Below, piece by piece: positions 63,986-64,000 of a stretch of 64,000 nt of DNA. The DNA is from Octopus bimaculoides (taxonomy: Eukaryota). Positions within the stretch are counted from its first letter, which is position 1. Every line of letters starts with the position of its first letter. Location: assembly GCF_001194135.2 (NCBI RefSeq), contig NC_068982.1:48441019-48505018 (forward strand), read 5' to 3'. A program made the translations under genes and the position numbers. Under the pieces are notes generated by a model. That model searched no databases. It saw only the letters and a program-made list of their open reading frames with translations, and had not been told where the DNA came from.

Positions 63986-64000
63986 TATATATATATATAT

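Overview
Eukaryotic, AT-rich, repeat-saturated draft-assembly DNA. There are six long N gaps (5838-6175, 12588-12703, 27242-28029, 36261-36483, 37468-37548, 42097-42248) and four 10-N gaps. The SINE families and (GAT)n-tailed LINE ends resemble repeats I associate with Octopus genomes; this is inference, not a database result. I could not identify any host protein-coding gene. Nearly all entries in the ORF track are microsatellite, SINE or N-gap artefacts, and only a few weak candidate exons remain. The window is mostly mobile DNA: three tRNA-headed SINE families, many RTE LINE ends (one young copy with a stop-free RT segment), single remnants of CR1-like, CRE-like (restriction-like endonuclease), Penelope-like (GIY-YIG) and Ty3/Gypsy elements, a DD37D (maT) Tc1/mariner element, and MITE-like elements. 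The most interesting signal is invisible to the ORF track: four sequence-unrelated type I hammerhead ribozyme-like folds at 6445-6499 (-), 14333-14377 (-), 49265-49300 (+) and 57945-58006 (-). Each has a tiny (near-)palindromic stem III of the dimer-cleaving Penelope/retrozyme type, and the last lies 145 nt downstream of a Penelope endonuclease ORF end on the same strand. Also notable are RTE 3' ends carrying three different minisatellites (24, 42 and 66 bp) and an unidentified codon-structured repeat present as a diverged inverted pair at 55.4-56.1 kb. All folds, alignments and translations were done by hand.
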